Assembly (NCBI GenBank): GCA_004297215.1
Contig: SCUM01000001.1
Span: forward strand, 78,282-142,281
DNA from: Patescibacteria group bacterium
GTDB lineage: Bacteria; Patescibacteriota; Patescibacteriia; UBA9934; GWF2-40-263
DNA length: 64,000 bases
Direction: 5' to 3'
Shown: piece by piece, positions 10,582 to 20,844 of the stretch
Layout of the letters: each line of letters begins with the position of its first letter
Numbering within the stretch: the stretch's first letter is position 1
Notes under the pieces: generated by a model
The model's input: the letters and a program-made list of their open reading frames with translations, nothing else
Database searches by the model: none
What the model was told of the DNA's origin: nothing
Made by a program: the position numbers and the translations under genes

Positions 10582-11399
10582 GAGCGCGCGGCCTTCGCCA
10601 CGTTGTTGAGCAGCATCGCCACCGTCATCGGACCCACGCCGCCCGGGACCGGGGTGAGGAATCCCGCGACCGGTTCCACGGAAGCGAAGTCGACGTCGCC
10701 GAGGAGTTTTCCGTCCACCTTCGTCGTGCCGACGTCGATCACGATCGCGCCCGGCTTCACCGCGTCGGCACGCACGAGTCCCGGTCGTCCAGCCGCCACG
10801 ACCAGCACGTCGGCGGCTTTCGTCTTTTCCGCGAGGTCCGACGCGTCAGGATTCACGACGAATGTTTTCACGTCGAGCTCAGCAAGCAGCGCCTCGATGG
10901 GCTTCGCGAACAGCGGGGAAGACACGATCGCCGCCCATCGTCCGCGCAAGGGTGCATGCGCCTCGTCGATGAGCTTCACGATGCCCAGCGCCACGGCCGG
11001 CACGAGGCCGGGTTTTCCTGACTGCAGCGCGTCCAGGTTTTTTGGGTGGAACCCATCCACGTCCTTCTTCGGGTCAATCGCCGCGACGATCTTGTCCGCG
11101 TCCTGCGAAGGGAGGGGGAGTTGGACGAGGATCCCCGTCACGTCCGGGCGCGCGTTGAGCTCGCCAATCTTCACGACGAGTTCGTCCTCCGACGCATCGG
11201 CCGGATAGGCCAGCCGTTCGAACGCGATTCCCGCTTCCTCGCACGCCTTCTGCTTGAGATCCACGTACAGCCTGGACGCCGGATCCTCACCCACGAGGAA
11301 GACGGCCAGAATCGGACGCGCGGGCAAAGCCGCCACCCGTTCCTTCACCTTCGCGCGGATGCGCGAGGCCAGCGTCTTTCCATCTAAAATCACAGCCAT
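10578..11399 (-). CDS. folD: Bifunctional methylenetetrahydrofolate dehydrogenase/cyclohydrolase FolD
   Basis: MAVILDGKTLASRIRAKVKERV...LAVFLVGEDPASRLYVDLKQKACEEAGI...GILVQLPLP...VGKP. FolD signature motifs. Confidence 0.9.
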   Translation of the reverse strand: MAVILDGKTLASRIRAKVKERVAALPARPILAVFLVGEDPASRLYVDLKQKACEEAGIAFERLAYPADASEDELVVKIGELNARPDVTGILVQLPLPSQDADKIVAAIDPKKDVDGFHPKNLDALQSGKPGLVPAVALGIVKLIDEAHAPLRGRWAAIVSSPLFAKPIEALLAELDVKTFVVNPDASDLAEKTKAADVLVVAAGRPGLVRADAVKPGAIVIDVGTTKVDGKLLGDVDFASVEPVAGFLTPVPGGVGPMTVAMLLNNVAKAARS

Positions 11400-11443
11400 A
11401 TCGGCCGTGATGATAGCAGTTCGGGAACCGGTTGTCACTCCGA

Positions 11444-12685
11444 TCAGTAGGCGATGCCCGGATAGAGCGGGAACCGGTCGGTGAGCGCTTTCACTTCGGC
11501 GCGGATCGCGGCGAGTCCCGCTTCGTCTTGCCAGCCCATGAGCGCGCGGTCAATCCAATCCGCCACTTGGCGCATCTCCCCCTCCTTCATGCCGCGGGTG
11601 GTGATGGCCGGGGTGCCCAGGCGGATGCCGGAGGGATCCATGGGGCCGCGCGGGTCATCGGGGATCGCGTTCTTGTTGACCGTGATGCCGGCGAGGTCGA
11701 GGGCGTGCTGCGCCTGTTTGCCGGTCACGCCCTTCTGCGTGACGTCGATGAGCAACAGGTGGTTGTCGGTCCCGCCAAAGCACAGCGTGTAGCCGCGATT
11801 CAGGAATTCCTCCTCGAGCACCTTCGCGTTTTTCCTGATCTGCCTGGCGTACTCCTTGAACGACGGCTCGAGCGCTTCCTTGAATGCCACCGCCTTGGCC
11901 GCGATCGCGTTCTCGTGGGGTCCGCCTTGGAGCCCCGGGAACACGGCCTTGTCCACGGCCTTCTGGTGGATCGCCTTGCACATGATCATCCCGCCGCGCG
12001 GGCCGCGCAGCGTCTTGTGCGTCGTCGTCGTGACGATGTCGAACAACGGAACAGGATTCGCCATCTCACCGGCGGCAATGAGCCCGGCGATGTGTGCGAT
12101 GTCCGCCATGGTGAGCGCACCCACCTCGTCGGCGATCGCCTTCACCCGGGCGTAATCGATCTCGCGCGAGTAGGCGCTGTAGCCGACCAGGATCATCTTG
12201 GGCTTGTGCTCTAGTGCCATCGTCCGGAGGTTGTCATAGTCGAGCGTCCCTTCCGGCGTGGTCTTGTAGCGGATGAAGTTGTAGATGCCGGCCATGAACG
12301 TGACAGGATGCCCATGGGTGAGATGCCCGCCGTGCGACAGGTCCATGCCAAGGATCGTGTCGCCGGGCTTGAGCAGCGCCGAGTACGCGGCGAGGTTCGC
12401 TGGCGCGCCGGAGAGCGGCTGCACGTTCACGTGTTCGGCGCCGAACAGGAGTTTCGCGCGTTCGATCGCGAGCGTTTCCATCTCGTCGATGAACTGGCAG
12501 CCGCCGTAGTAGCGCTTGCCGACGTATCCTTCCGCGTACTTGTTGGTGGCCACGCAGCCGAGCGCCTCGAGCACCGCTTCGGAAACGAAATTCTCGGACG
12601 GGATCATCTCAAGCCCTTCGCGTTGCCGGGCAAGCTCCCGGTTGAGCGCGGCGGACAGGTCGGGGTCGTAGGAGGCCAGTTTCAT
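11444..12685 (-). CDS. glyA: Serine hydroxymethyltransferase
   Basis: LEMIPSENFVS...TNKYAEGYVGKRYYGGCQ...SGAPANLAAY...DLSHGGHLTHG...TTTTHKTLRGPRGG. Start at MKLASYDPDL (Met 67 of the annotated ORF). Confidence 0.9.
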   Translation of the reverse strand: MKLASYDPDLSAALNRELARQREGLEMIPSENFVSEAVLEALGCVATNKYAEGYVGKRYYGGCQFIDEMETLAIERAKLLFGAEHVNVQPLSGAPANLAAYSALLKPGDTILGMDLSHGGHLTHGHPVTFMAGIYNFIRYKTTPEGTLDYDNLRTMALEHKPKMILVGYSAYSREIDYARVKAIADEVGALTMADIAHIAGLIAAGEMANPVPLFDIVTTTTHKTLRGPRGGMIMCKAIHQKAVDKAVFPGLQGGPHENAIAAKAVAFKEALEPSFKEYARQIRKNAKVLEEEFLNRGYTLCFGGTDNHLLLIDVTQKGVTGKQAQHALDLAGITVNKNAIPDDPRGPMDPSGIRLGTPAITTRGMKEGEMRQVADWIDRALMGWQDEAGLAAIRAEVKALTDRFPLYPGIAY

Positions 12686-12752
12686 AGTGGGGACATTGTA
12701 GGGGAGGGATGGGCCGAAGACAATTCCAGGAAAAAATGATAGATAGGAAGGC

Positions 12753-14834
12753 ATGTCACGCTTCAGGTTCACGAAAAGACAAGCGATCGCCGCTGCCGTG
12801 GCCTGCCTCGCTACCGTCTTCGGCTTCGCGCTCTGGAGCGTCGTCCCGACCTTGGGCGCGCCGCCGCTGCCCGTGCCCACCACCGTGCTCGCGAGCGACG
12901 GCTCCGTGCTCTACGAGGCGAATGCTTCCGACGAGGAAACCGCCGCGCCGGTCGCGCTCGACGCGATGCCACCGCGGCTTATCGAGGCCGTGCTTGCGGC
13001 CGAGGACAAGCGGTTTTATGCGCATCACGGCATCGACTGGCTCGCGCTCGCCCGCGCCGCGAAGGACGACGTCGTCGCAGGGCGCGTGGTGAGCGGCGGC
13101 AGCACGATCGAACAGCAGATCATCAAGAACCAGTTCTTTCCCGGCGAGCCGCGCACCGTCATCCAAAAGGCGCGCGAACTGGTCGCGGCGCGCTGGTGGT
13201 CGCTCACCCATGCGAAGGACGCGACGCTCGAGCGGTACCTGAACTCGGTGTACCTCGGGAACAACGTGTCCGGGGTGCAGGCCGCCAGCCGCGAGTACTT
13301 CCACAAGGAAGCGACGGACCTGTCGCTTCCAGAGGCGGCCTTGCTTGCCGGCGTCATCGGCGCGCCCACGCGCTACGATCCGATCCGCCACCCATCCGCG
13401 GCCCGCGAACGGCAGCAGTTCGTGCTCGACCGCATGCGCGAGCTGGACGAGATCACGTCGGAAGAGGCCGATGAAGCGTCGGATGCGCCGATTGCCACGT
13501 TCGCCCCGCGACACGACCTGCACGCCCCGCATTTCGTCTTTCGCGTCCTCGACCTCTTGGACGAGACGTACCCAGACCTCCTCACGGGCGGATATGCCAT
13601 AACCACCACCTTGGACCCGGCGCTGCAGTCCGTCGCGGAAGATTCGGTCTTTCGCCAGCTCGGGAAGCTGACGGACAGCCATGTGACGAATGCCGCGGCC
13701 GTCGCGGTGGATCCCGGCTCTGGCGAGGTGCTCGCCTATGTCGGCGGGGCGGACTATTGGGACGAGGGAATCGACGGAGCCGTGAACATGGCCGCGGCCA
13801 AGCGCCAGCCCGGGTCCGCGCTCAAGCCGTTCGCGTATTTCGCCGCCTTCATGCGCGGGATCATCACCCCAGGCACGCTCATCGACGACGCGCCGGTGCG
13901 CTATGACGTCCCGCTCGAGGGCCAGTCCGGCACCGGCGTCTACGTCCCGCGCAACTACGGCTACAAGCTCCACGGGCTCGTGGCCGCGCGCGACGCGCTC
14001 GGGAGCTCACTCAATATCCCGGCGGTGAAGGTGGTGGACGCGCTGGGACTGAACGCGTTTTTCGGCACGCTCGCGCGGTTCGGGCTCGTATTTCCGGAAG
14101 CGCCGGAGCATTACGGGCTCGGCATCGTGCTCGGCGGTGGGGAAGTGACGCTCGAGGAGGCGACGAACGCGTACGCCGCCCTTTCCCGCGCGACCACTGC
14201 GCTTCCGCTCTCGTTCGTGCGCGAAGTGCGGGACCGCCATGGGGCGGTCGTGTCCGTCCAGGCGAGCGCGCCGCGGGAGATGTTCGAGCCCTTCGACAGG
14301 CTCCGGGCCCGCCAAGCCGCCGCGCTCGTCACCGACATCCTGTCGGACAAGACGGCCCGCGCGCTCTCCTTCGGGGAGACGTCGCGGATGGAAATCGGGA
14401 AGCCTGTGGCGGCGAAGACCGGCACGACCAAGGATTTCCGCGATAACTGGGCGTTCGGGTACACGAGCGACTTCGCGCTCGGCGTGTGGGCCGGGAACGC
14501 GGACAACTCGCCGATGTACGGCGTGAGCGGCGTGTCCGGCGCGATCCCGATCTGGCATGACATCATGGCGTTCCGCTATCGGTACGCGGATCCCGCCGCG
14601 CGCGCCGGCGTGTCCGGCCTCGTTTCGCGCGACCTCTGCCTTGAGACCGGCTTGCTCGCGACCCCTTCGATTCCTCAGGGTCGCCCCGAGGAGGCTCGAG
14701 GGGCGACCGCCTCCTGCGAGAAGACGCGCACGGAGCTGTTCATCGGCGGGACCGAGCCGGACGCCGCGACGCAGGCGGAAGCGGTCATCCTCGCCGAGCC
14801 CTCCGATAGACAGGTGCGCAGCCTCGTGGAATAA
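12753..14834 (+). CDS. pbpC: Class A penicillin-binding protein (transglycosylase plus transpeptidase), PBP1C-like
   Basis: N-terminal anchor. GT51 motifs (EDKRFYAHHGIDW, GGSTIEQQIIKN), and a transpeptidase domain with KTGTT. Sits directly upstream of an alpha-2-macroglobulin gene, as in yfhM-pbpC modules. RBS ataggaagg. Confidence 0.85.
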   Translation: MSRFRFTKRQAIAAAVACLATVFGFALWSVVPTLGAPPLPVPTTVLASDGSVLYEANASDEETAAPVALDAMPPRLIEAVLAAEDKRFYAHHGIDWLALARAAKDDVVAGRVVSGGSTIEQQIIKNQFFPGEPRTVIQKARELVAARWWSLTHAKDATLERYLNSVYLGNNVSGVQAASREYFHKEATDLSLPEAALLAGVIGAPTRYDPIRHPSAARERQQFVLDRMRELDEITSEEADEASDAPIATFAPRHDLHAPHFVFRVLDLLDETYPDLLTGGYAITTTLDPALQSVAEDSVFRQLGKLTDSHVTNAAAVAVDPGSGEVLAYVGGADYWDEGIDGAVNMAAAKRQPGSALKPFAYFAAFMRGIITPGTLIDDAPVRYDVPLEGQSGTGVYVPRNYGYKLHGLVAARDALGSSLNIPAVKVVDALGLNAFFGTLARFGLVFPEAPEHYGLGIVLGGGEVTLEEATNAYAALSRATTALPLSFVREVRDRHGAVVSVQASAPREMFEPFDRLRARQAAALVTDILSDKTARALSFGETSRMEIGKPVAAKTGTTKDFRDNWAFGYTSDFALGVWAGNADNSPMYGVSGVSGAIPIWHDIMAFRYRYADPAARAGVSGLVSRDLCLETGLLATPSIPQGRPEEARGATASCEKTRTELFIGGTEPDAATQAEAVILAEPSDRQVRSLVE

Positions 14835-14866
14835 TCAGCGTAATTAACATCCGTCACGTTCGCCGT

Positions 14867-17800
14867 ATGGAGCGTCTCACGAAGGCCTTCCGCCGCGCGC
14901 GGAAGCCTCTCGCCATTTCCCTGGCCGCCCTCGCGGTCGCGGGACTGGCCGCTTTTCACATTTCCCCGGCCCCAAGCGTGCGCGGATCGGTCCCGGACGC
15001 GCGGGTCGAAGCCGATAAGAATGCTCCGTGGAGGTTCGTCTTCGACCAGGGGATGTGGCACCGATCGGTCGAACGCGCTTTCAAGGTCACTCCGCCCGTT
15101 TCCGGAGCGTTCAGCTGGCAGGGAAACGTGCTCACCTTCGACCCGGCGTTCGCGCTTGAGAAGGGCGCCACGTTCAAGGTGGACATCGATGCGGACGCGC
15201 GCAACTGGTTCGGCAAGAAGCTCGCGGTGCCCTTCACACAGTCGTTTTTCGTGAACAACGACCCGGAGGTGTCGGTCGTGACCCCGGCAAACGGGGTGAC
15301 CGTGCGTCCGGCGCAGACGCTCACCATGCTGTTCGACCGCCCCATGCGCGCGCTCACGGGCGACCTCGCCGTGCCGGACCTGCTCACGATGACGCCGGCC
15401 GTGCAGGGGACGTACCACTGGCTCGGCACCAGCGGGTTCGAGTTCGTCCCGGCAACGGGCTGGGCTCCGGCCACCACGTACGAGGTGACGCTCCCGAAGG
15501 GCCTCACGTTCATGGACGGCACGTCGCTGCTCGACGCGTACGTCTGGCATTTTTCTACGCCTGCCCTTTCCGTCGGCCTCGCGAGCGATTCGACCAGCGT
15601 TCATCCGAAATCCGCCGTGGCGCTTGCCTTCAACTATCCCGTGAAGGCCGCCGTCGTGCGCGATGCCATCACCATCTACGAGCAGAGCGTGCCGCGCGCA
15701 GGGGAACCCGTGGCGGAGGGCGCGCAGACCGTGGTCTCCAAAGCGACGTTCACGTTCGTGAACGACAAGGACCGTCCGGAACAGGTGCTCATCACCAAGG
15801 CGGGCGGCCTGCGCATGGGCACGCGCTACACGTTCGTGCTCCCCGAACATTTTACCGGCGGACTCGGTCCGAACGGCCTGTCCGCCACCTGGTCGCAGAC
15901 GGTCACGACCGACGAGCTCGGGTTCCGCGTGTTGCGGGCCTGTCCGGAATCCGGCGGGACGAAGAGGACGGACAGGTCCGTGCTGTTCGTCGTCAACAAC
16001 CAGGCGGACGAGGAGACGTTCAAGACGGGGGTGAACGTCGTGCCGGAGCTCGAGAACGTCGAGATCGGCACGTACGGGTACGATCGCGGGTGCAAGGGAG
16101 AAGGGGGGCGCAGCGTATCCGTCTATGGCCGCTGGAAGCCGTCCACCACGTACACGATCACCCTCTCCCGCGGCCTGAAGGACATCTACGGCCAGCCGCT
16201 CGAGAATCCGCAGACGCATACGATCACCACCGATCCGTATCCCGCGCGCGCGGACCTCACCGGCTACAGCGCATACGGGGTGCTCGCGAGCCACCTGCCG
16301 CGCGTGTACCAGGTGCGCACGATCAACATGAAGGAGCCGGTGAAGGCCACGCTGTGCGCGCTTCCGCTTGAAGGATACGTGAAGCAGGGAGGGACGGATT
16401 GCCAGCCGATCGGCGAGAAGACGTATGAGACAAACGGCCCGCTCAACGGGTACAAGGTGATCGACGTCGACCTCGACGAGATTGCCGGCTCCAGGGTCTC
16501 GACCGGCATGTACCGGCTCGACCTCACCATGCCCGGGGCGACCAACTTCTCGTATCACAATGGAAAGGCGTCGCGTTACCTGCTCGTCACTGACACGGCG
16601 CTTACCGTGAAGCGCGACAAGGCCGGAAAGGTGCTCGTGTGGGCTACGGACATGAAAACGGGGTTAGGTATCGAGGGGCTCGACGCGAGCATTCACAATC
16701 CAGAGCATGTGGGAGACGGGGCCGTCGAACAGATCGACAATGCCCGTACCGACGCGGACGGACTCGCGACCCTAGAAGTAAAGCGGGGGGAGCGCCATAA
16801 TCTCGCGATCCGCGCGCAGGGGAACGGCCACTTCGGCTTCGTGAACCAGTCGTGGGACGACGGGATCAGCCCGTGGAACTTCGGCCTGGACACGAGCTAC
16901 GGGAACAAGCTTTCCCGCGACATCGGCTACCTGTACACCGACCGCCGCATCTACCGCCCCGATCAGCTCGTGTATTTCAAGGGCGTCGTGCGCAAGGACG
17001 TGGACGCGATCCTCGGGCTTCCAGACGAGAAGGAGGTCGAGGTCACGTTCCACGATCCAAACGGCACGCAGGTGGGCAGGCAGACGCTGCCCGTCTCCAA
17101 ATACGGGACGTTCAACGGCGCGTTCCAGCTCGATCCGAGCATGGCGCTCGGCTCCTACCAGTTCGCCGCGGCGCTCAAGGGCGAATCGATCTACGGACGG
17201 TTCGACGTGCGCGAATTCCGCCGTCCGGATTTCAAGGTCACGATCACCCCGCCCTCCGGCACCCCGACCGCCGGCGACGTCATCAACGTCCCGATCCACG
17301 GCGAGTACTACTACGGGGTGGCCCTCGCGGGCGCCACGGTCGAATACTCGCTTACCCGTCGCGCGCTGTATTACCAGCCCATGCGCGGCGAATGGTACAG
17401 CTTCACCGAGACCGACGATTCCTATTGTTACTGGTACTGCCGCATGGGCGGGGACCTCGAGACGGTGAAGACCGGCACGGCGACCTTGGACCAAAACGGC
17501 GACTTCGTCCTTTCCGTCCCCGCGAGCCTCACCGATTACAAGACGAGCGCCACCTACGCGCTCACGGCCACGGTCACGGACGTGAACCAGCGGTCGGTCT
17601 CCGCGAACGGGGAGTTCGACGTGCACAAGGGGGACTTCTACGTGGGCATCCGCTCGGATTATTCGGACGGCTGGCAGTCGCCGACGGCGGCGTTCGACCT
17701 CGTGACCCTTTTCCCCGACGGGACGCCGCTTGCCGGAGCCACGGGGACCGTGGAGCTGTACAAGCGCAGCTGGACGAGCGTGAAGAAGGAAGGGACCGAC

Positions 17801-20791
17801 GGGGTGCCGTACACGGACTGGGTGAAGGACGACGCATTCGTCGCGAGCGTGCCCTTCACGACCGACGCGGAGGCAAAGGCGCACGTGTCTTTCGTGCCGG
17901 AGAAAGACGGCGAATACGTGGCCGTGGCCAAGGCGCGCGACCGCCGCGGCCGCGAGATCACCGCCTCGGTGTCGCGCTGGGTGGAGCGCGGGAGGGGCGC
18001 CTCGGTGCGCGTGTCCGACGACCACGTGATGAAGGTCATCCAGAACAAGGCGGATTACGCGGTGGGCGACACGGCCTCGCTCGTGGTGCAGCTGCCGTAC
18101 GAGAAGGTAAAGGCGCTCGTCACGATCGAACGCGACACCATCCGCAAGTCCTTCGTCGTGGACCTCGGTTCCGACAAGAAGACGATCGAGATTCCCATCG
18201 ACGACGCCATGACCCCGAACGTGTACGTCTCGGTGATCGCCGTGCAGGGCGGGGGCGAGACCGGGATCCCGGAGTTCCGCATCGGCTACGCCAACCTCCA
18301 GGTGGATACGGCGCGCAAGGCGCTCGACCTGTCCGTGAAGGCGGACAAGGCCGTGTACCGCCCGGGGAACACGGTCACGCTCGAGGTGGACGCGAAGCGC
18401 AGCGACGGCTCCCCCGCGAGCGCGGAGGTGTCGATCGCGGTCGTTGACGAGCGCGTCGTCTCGCTCTTGGGCTCGATCGACAAGGACATCCTCGGGAAAT
18501 TCTGGTTCCCCCGGTCGATCGGCGTCACCACGGCGCAGACCTTGACCCAGCTCACCAAGAAGATCTTCACGGACACGGAAGGGGGCGGAGGGAAGGGCGG
18601 CGAGGAATCGCCGGCCGTGCGCGGGAATTTCCTCGACACGGCGCTGTGGAAGGCCGACGTGGTGACGGACGGCAACGGGAAGGCCACGATCAGCTTCCCG
18701 CTCCCGGACAACCTTACGAGCTGGCAGGTGCTCGCGATCGGCGAGACCAAGGACACGGTGGTGGGCAGCGCGGAAACGAAGATCGTCACGCGCCGCGACC
18801 TCATGGTGGAACCGCTCCTGCCGCGCCTCGTGCGTACCGGCGACACGGTCACCTTCGGCGCGACCGTGTTCAACAACACCGATACGGCCTTGAATGCCGT
18901 CGTGGAGCTTGCCGCGGAAGGGGTCACGGTGGACGGGGCGCGTGTGCGCAACGTGTTCCTCCCGGCGAAATCGCGCCGCGCCCTTTCCTGGGCCGTGCAG
19001 GTGCCGATGACCTCCTCGGAGGCGAAGGTCCGCGTCACCGGGAAGGGCGGCGGATTCGAGGACGGGTTCGAGACCACGCTCCCGGTGCGCGGCTATGCCG
19101 TCGCCGAGACCGTGTCCGCCTCGAACCTGTTCGGCCGCGCCGCGACCGAGACGATCGAGCTCCCGGAGGGCATCCTGCCGGACGTCGGGCAGGTGAAGGC
19201 GAGCGTCACGAGCAACGTGGGCACCGGGCTCGTGAGCGCGATCGACTATCTCGTGAAGTACGGGTACGGATGCGCGGAGCAGACCGCGAGCGCGCTCCTG
19301 GGCAGCCTCACGTATGAGCAGCTGGTCGCGGCGAAGCTTGCCAAAGGCAACGACGCGTTGGGCCGGCTCGCGCACGACAAGGTGGACGGCGCGATCAAGA
19401 AGCTCGTCTCCACCCAGCGGCCCGACGGCGCCTGGGGGTTCTGGCCCGAGGCCTATCGCGCGTACCCGCATCTCACGGCGTACGTCTTCTGGGCCCTCAC
19501 GCAGGCGCAGCAGGCGGGATACGCCGTCTCCGACGAGGCGCTCGACCGCGCTGACCAATACCTGCGCAACTACCTCGCCTCGCCGGGAAACGAGAAGTCC
19601 GTCGGCCTGTCCATGAACGAACGCGCGCAGGTGCTGTTCATGCTCGCCGAGCGGGATTCCGGAAATCTTGGCGGGTATGCCGCGACCGTATACGAGGAAC
19701 GCAACAGCCTCACCGCGTTCGGCCGATCGTTCCTCGCCATGGCGCTCGTCGCGATCGACGGGCCCGGTTCCTCGCGCGCGAAGACGGTGCTCGACGACGT
19801 GAAATCCAAGGTCATCTACATCAATCCTTCCACCGCATACGTGTCGGAGGACACCGGGTACGACGACTACTTCATGGGCAGCGACGCGCGCACGACCAGC
19901 CTCTACCTGCAGGCGCTCCTGCGCATCAGCCCCAAGGACGACGACGTCGATCGCCTCATGCGCTACCTGGTGAGCAAGAAGGTCGACGGCTACTGGTATT
20001 CCACCCAGGGGACCGCCATGACCCTCTCGGGCCTGCTCGCGTACGTGAAGCGCCATCCGGTGGACACCGAGGCGCTCTCGGTGAAGGTCTACCTCGACGA
20101 CGCCCTCGCGGAAACGCTCGCGTTCGACCAAGGCGACCTCTCCGGCGAACGCTCGGTCGTTTTCCCGATCGCGGAGCTTCTGAAGGACGGGGCGACGCAC
20201 GACTTCACGTTCAAGAAGGATTCCGAGAAGCGATACTTCTACGACCTGTCCTCCACCATCTACCGTCAGATCGAGGATATCGAGCCGTTCGACAACGGGT
20301 TCACCGTGCTCGCGGGCGTGTACGCGGTGAAGGACACGAAGTATGCGAAGCCGCTTTCCGAGGCCAGGCAGGGCGACACCGTGCGCGTGCACATGAAGCT
20401 CTTGGTGCCCAAGGAGCATCGCAACGTCTCCCTCGAGTACCACCTTCCGGCCGGGCTCGAACCCATCGACTTCTCGCTCCTTACGAGCCCGCAGGACGTC
20501 TCCGGCGAGCAACGCCAGTGCGTGCCGGACTGGTCGGGGGAGACCTATTGCATGAGCGACTGGGAATACGGCTGGTGGTGGGAGAACGCCTGGAAGCACA
20601 TCGAGCAGCGCGACGACCGGGTGTTCCTGTTCTCCGAGGACCTCCAGCCGGGCATCTACGAATATGACTTCCTCGCGACGGCCGTGACCCCGGGCACGTT
20701 CCGCGTGCCGCCCGCCCGCGCCTACGAGTTCTACGACCCGCTCGCCAACGGGCACAACGAGGGCAAGTTGTTCCGCGTCACCGCCCCATGA
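14867..20791 (+). CDS. Bacterial alpha-2-macroglobulin family protein (thioester-containing, YfhM-like), 1974 aa
   Basis: Signal anchor, multiple MG-like beta-sandwich segments, a CxEQ thioester motif (KYGYGCAEQTASALL), and an alpha-helical TED region (DGAWGFWPE...). Consistent GC3 bias throughout. Confidence 0.85.
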   Translation: MERLTKAFRRARKPLAISLAALAVAGLAAFHISPAPSVRGSVPDARVEADKNAPWRFVFDQGMWHRSVERAFKVTPPVSGAFSWQGNVLTFDPAFALEKGATFKVDIDADARNWFGKKLAVPFTQSFFVNNDPEVSVVTPANGVTVRPAQTLTMLFDRPMRALTGDLAVPDLLTMTPAVQGTYHWLGTSGFEFVPATGWAPATTYEVTLPKGLTFMDGTSLLDAYVWHFSTPALSVGLASDSTSVHPKSAVALAFNYPVKAAVVRDAITIYEQSVPRAGEPVAEGAQTVVSKATFTFVNDKDRPEQVLITKAGGLRMGTRYTFVLPEHFTGGLGPNGLSATWSQTVTTDELGFRVLRACPESGGTKRTDRSVLFVVNNQADEETFKTGVNVVPELENVEIGTYGYDRGCKGEGGRSVSVYGRWKPSTTYTITLSRGLKDIYGQPLENPQTHTITTDPYPARADLTGYSAYGVLASHLPRVYQVRTINMKEPVKATLCALPLEGYVKQGGTDCQPIGEKTYETNGPLNGYKVIDVDLDEIAGSRVSTGMYRLDLTMPGATNFSYHNGKASRYLLVTDTALTVKRDKAGKVLVWATDMKTGLGIEGLDASIHNPEHVGDGAVEQIDNARTDADGLATLEVKRGERHNLAIRAQGNGHFGFVNQSWDDGISPWNFGLDTSYGNKLSRDIGYLYTDRRIYRPDQLVYFKGVVRKDVDAILGLPDEKEVEVTFHDPNGTQVGRQTLPVSKYGTFNGAFQLDPSMALGSYQFAAALKGESIYGRFDVREFRRPDFKVTITPPSGTPTAGDVINVPIHGEYYYGVALAGATVEYSLTRRALYYQPMRGEWYSFTETDDSYCYWYCRMGGDLETVKTGTATLDQNGDFVLSVPASLTDYKTSATYALTATVTDVNQRSVSANGEFDVHKGDFYVGIRSDYSDGWQSPTAAFDLVTLFPDGTPLAGATGTVELYKRSWTSVKKEGTDGVPYTDWVKDDAFVASVPFTTDAEAKAHVSFVPEKDGEYVAVAKARDRRGREITASVSRWVERGRGASVRVSDDHVMKVIQNKADYAVGDTASLVVQLPYEKVKALVTIERDTIRKSFVVDLGSDKKTIEIPIDDAMTPNVYVSVIAVQGGGETGIPEFRIGYANLQVDTARKALDLSVKADKAVYRPGNTVTLEVDAKRSDGSPASAEVSIAVVDERVVSLLGSIDKDILGKFWFPRSIGVTTAQTLTQLTKKIFTDTEGGGGKGGEESPAVRGNFLDTALWKADVVTDGNGKATISFPLPDNLTSWQVLAIGETKDTVVGSAETKIVTRRDLMVEPLLPRLVRTGDTVTFGATVFNNTDTALNAVVELAAEGVTVDGARVRNVFLPAKSRRALSWAVQVPMTSSEAKVRVTGKGGGFEDGFETTLPVRGYAVAETVSASNLFGRAATETIELPEGILPDVGQVKASVTSNVGTGLVSAIDYLVKYGYGCAEQTASALLGSLTYEQLVAAKLAKGNDALGRLAHDKVDGAIKKLVSTQRPDGAWGFWPEAYRAYPHLTAYVFWALTQAQQAGYAVSDEALDRADQYLRNYLASPGNEKSVGLSMNERAQVLFMLAERDSGNLGGYAATVYEERNSLTAFGRSFLAMALVAIDGPGSSRAKTVLDDVKSKVIYINPSTAYVSEDTGYDDYFMGSDARTTSLYLQALLRISPKDDDVDRLMRYLVSKKVDGYWYSTQGTAMTLSGLLAYVKRHPVDTEALSVKVYLDDALAETLAFDQGDLSGERSVVFPIAELLKDGATHDFTFKKDSEKRYFYDLSSTIYRQIEDIEPFDNGFTVLAGVYAVKDTKYAKPLSEARQGDTVRVHMKLLVPKEHRNVSLEYHLPAGLEPIDFSLLTSPQDVSGEQRQCVPDWSGETYCMSDWEYGWWWENAWKHIEQRDDRVFLFSEDLQPGIYEYDFLATAVTPGTFRVPPARAYEFYDPLANGHNEGKLFRVTAP

Positions 20792-20844
20792 ATCCGCGCT
20801 CACGGTACCCGCTTGACATGGGTCAGGAACATGGGTAGGGTGCC

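Noticed and set aside
16772-20803. 1343-aa minus-strand ORF antisense to the alpha-2-macroglobulin gene
   Set aside because: RG-rich junk translation. The plus frame carries consistent GC3 bias and recognisable A2M motifs.
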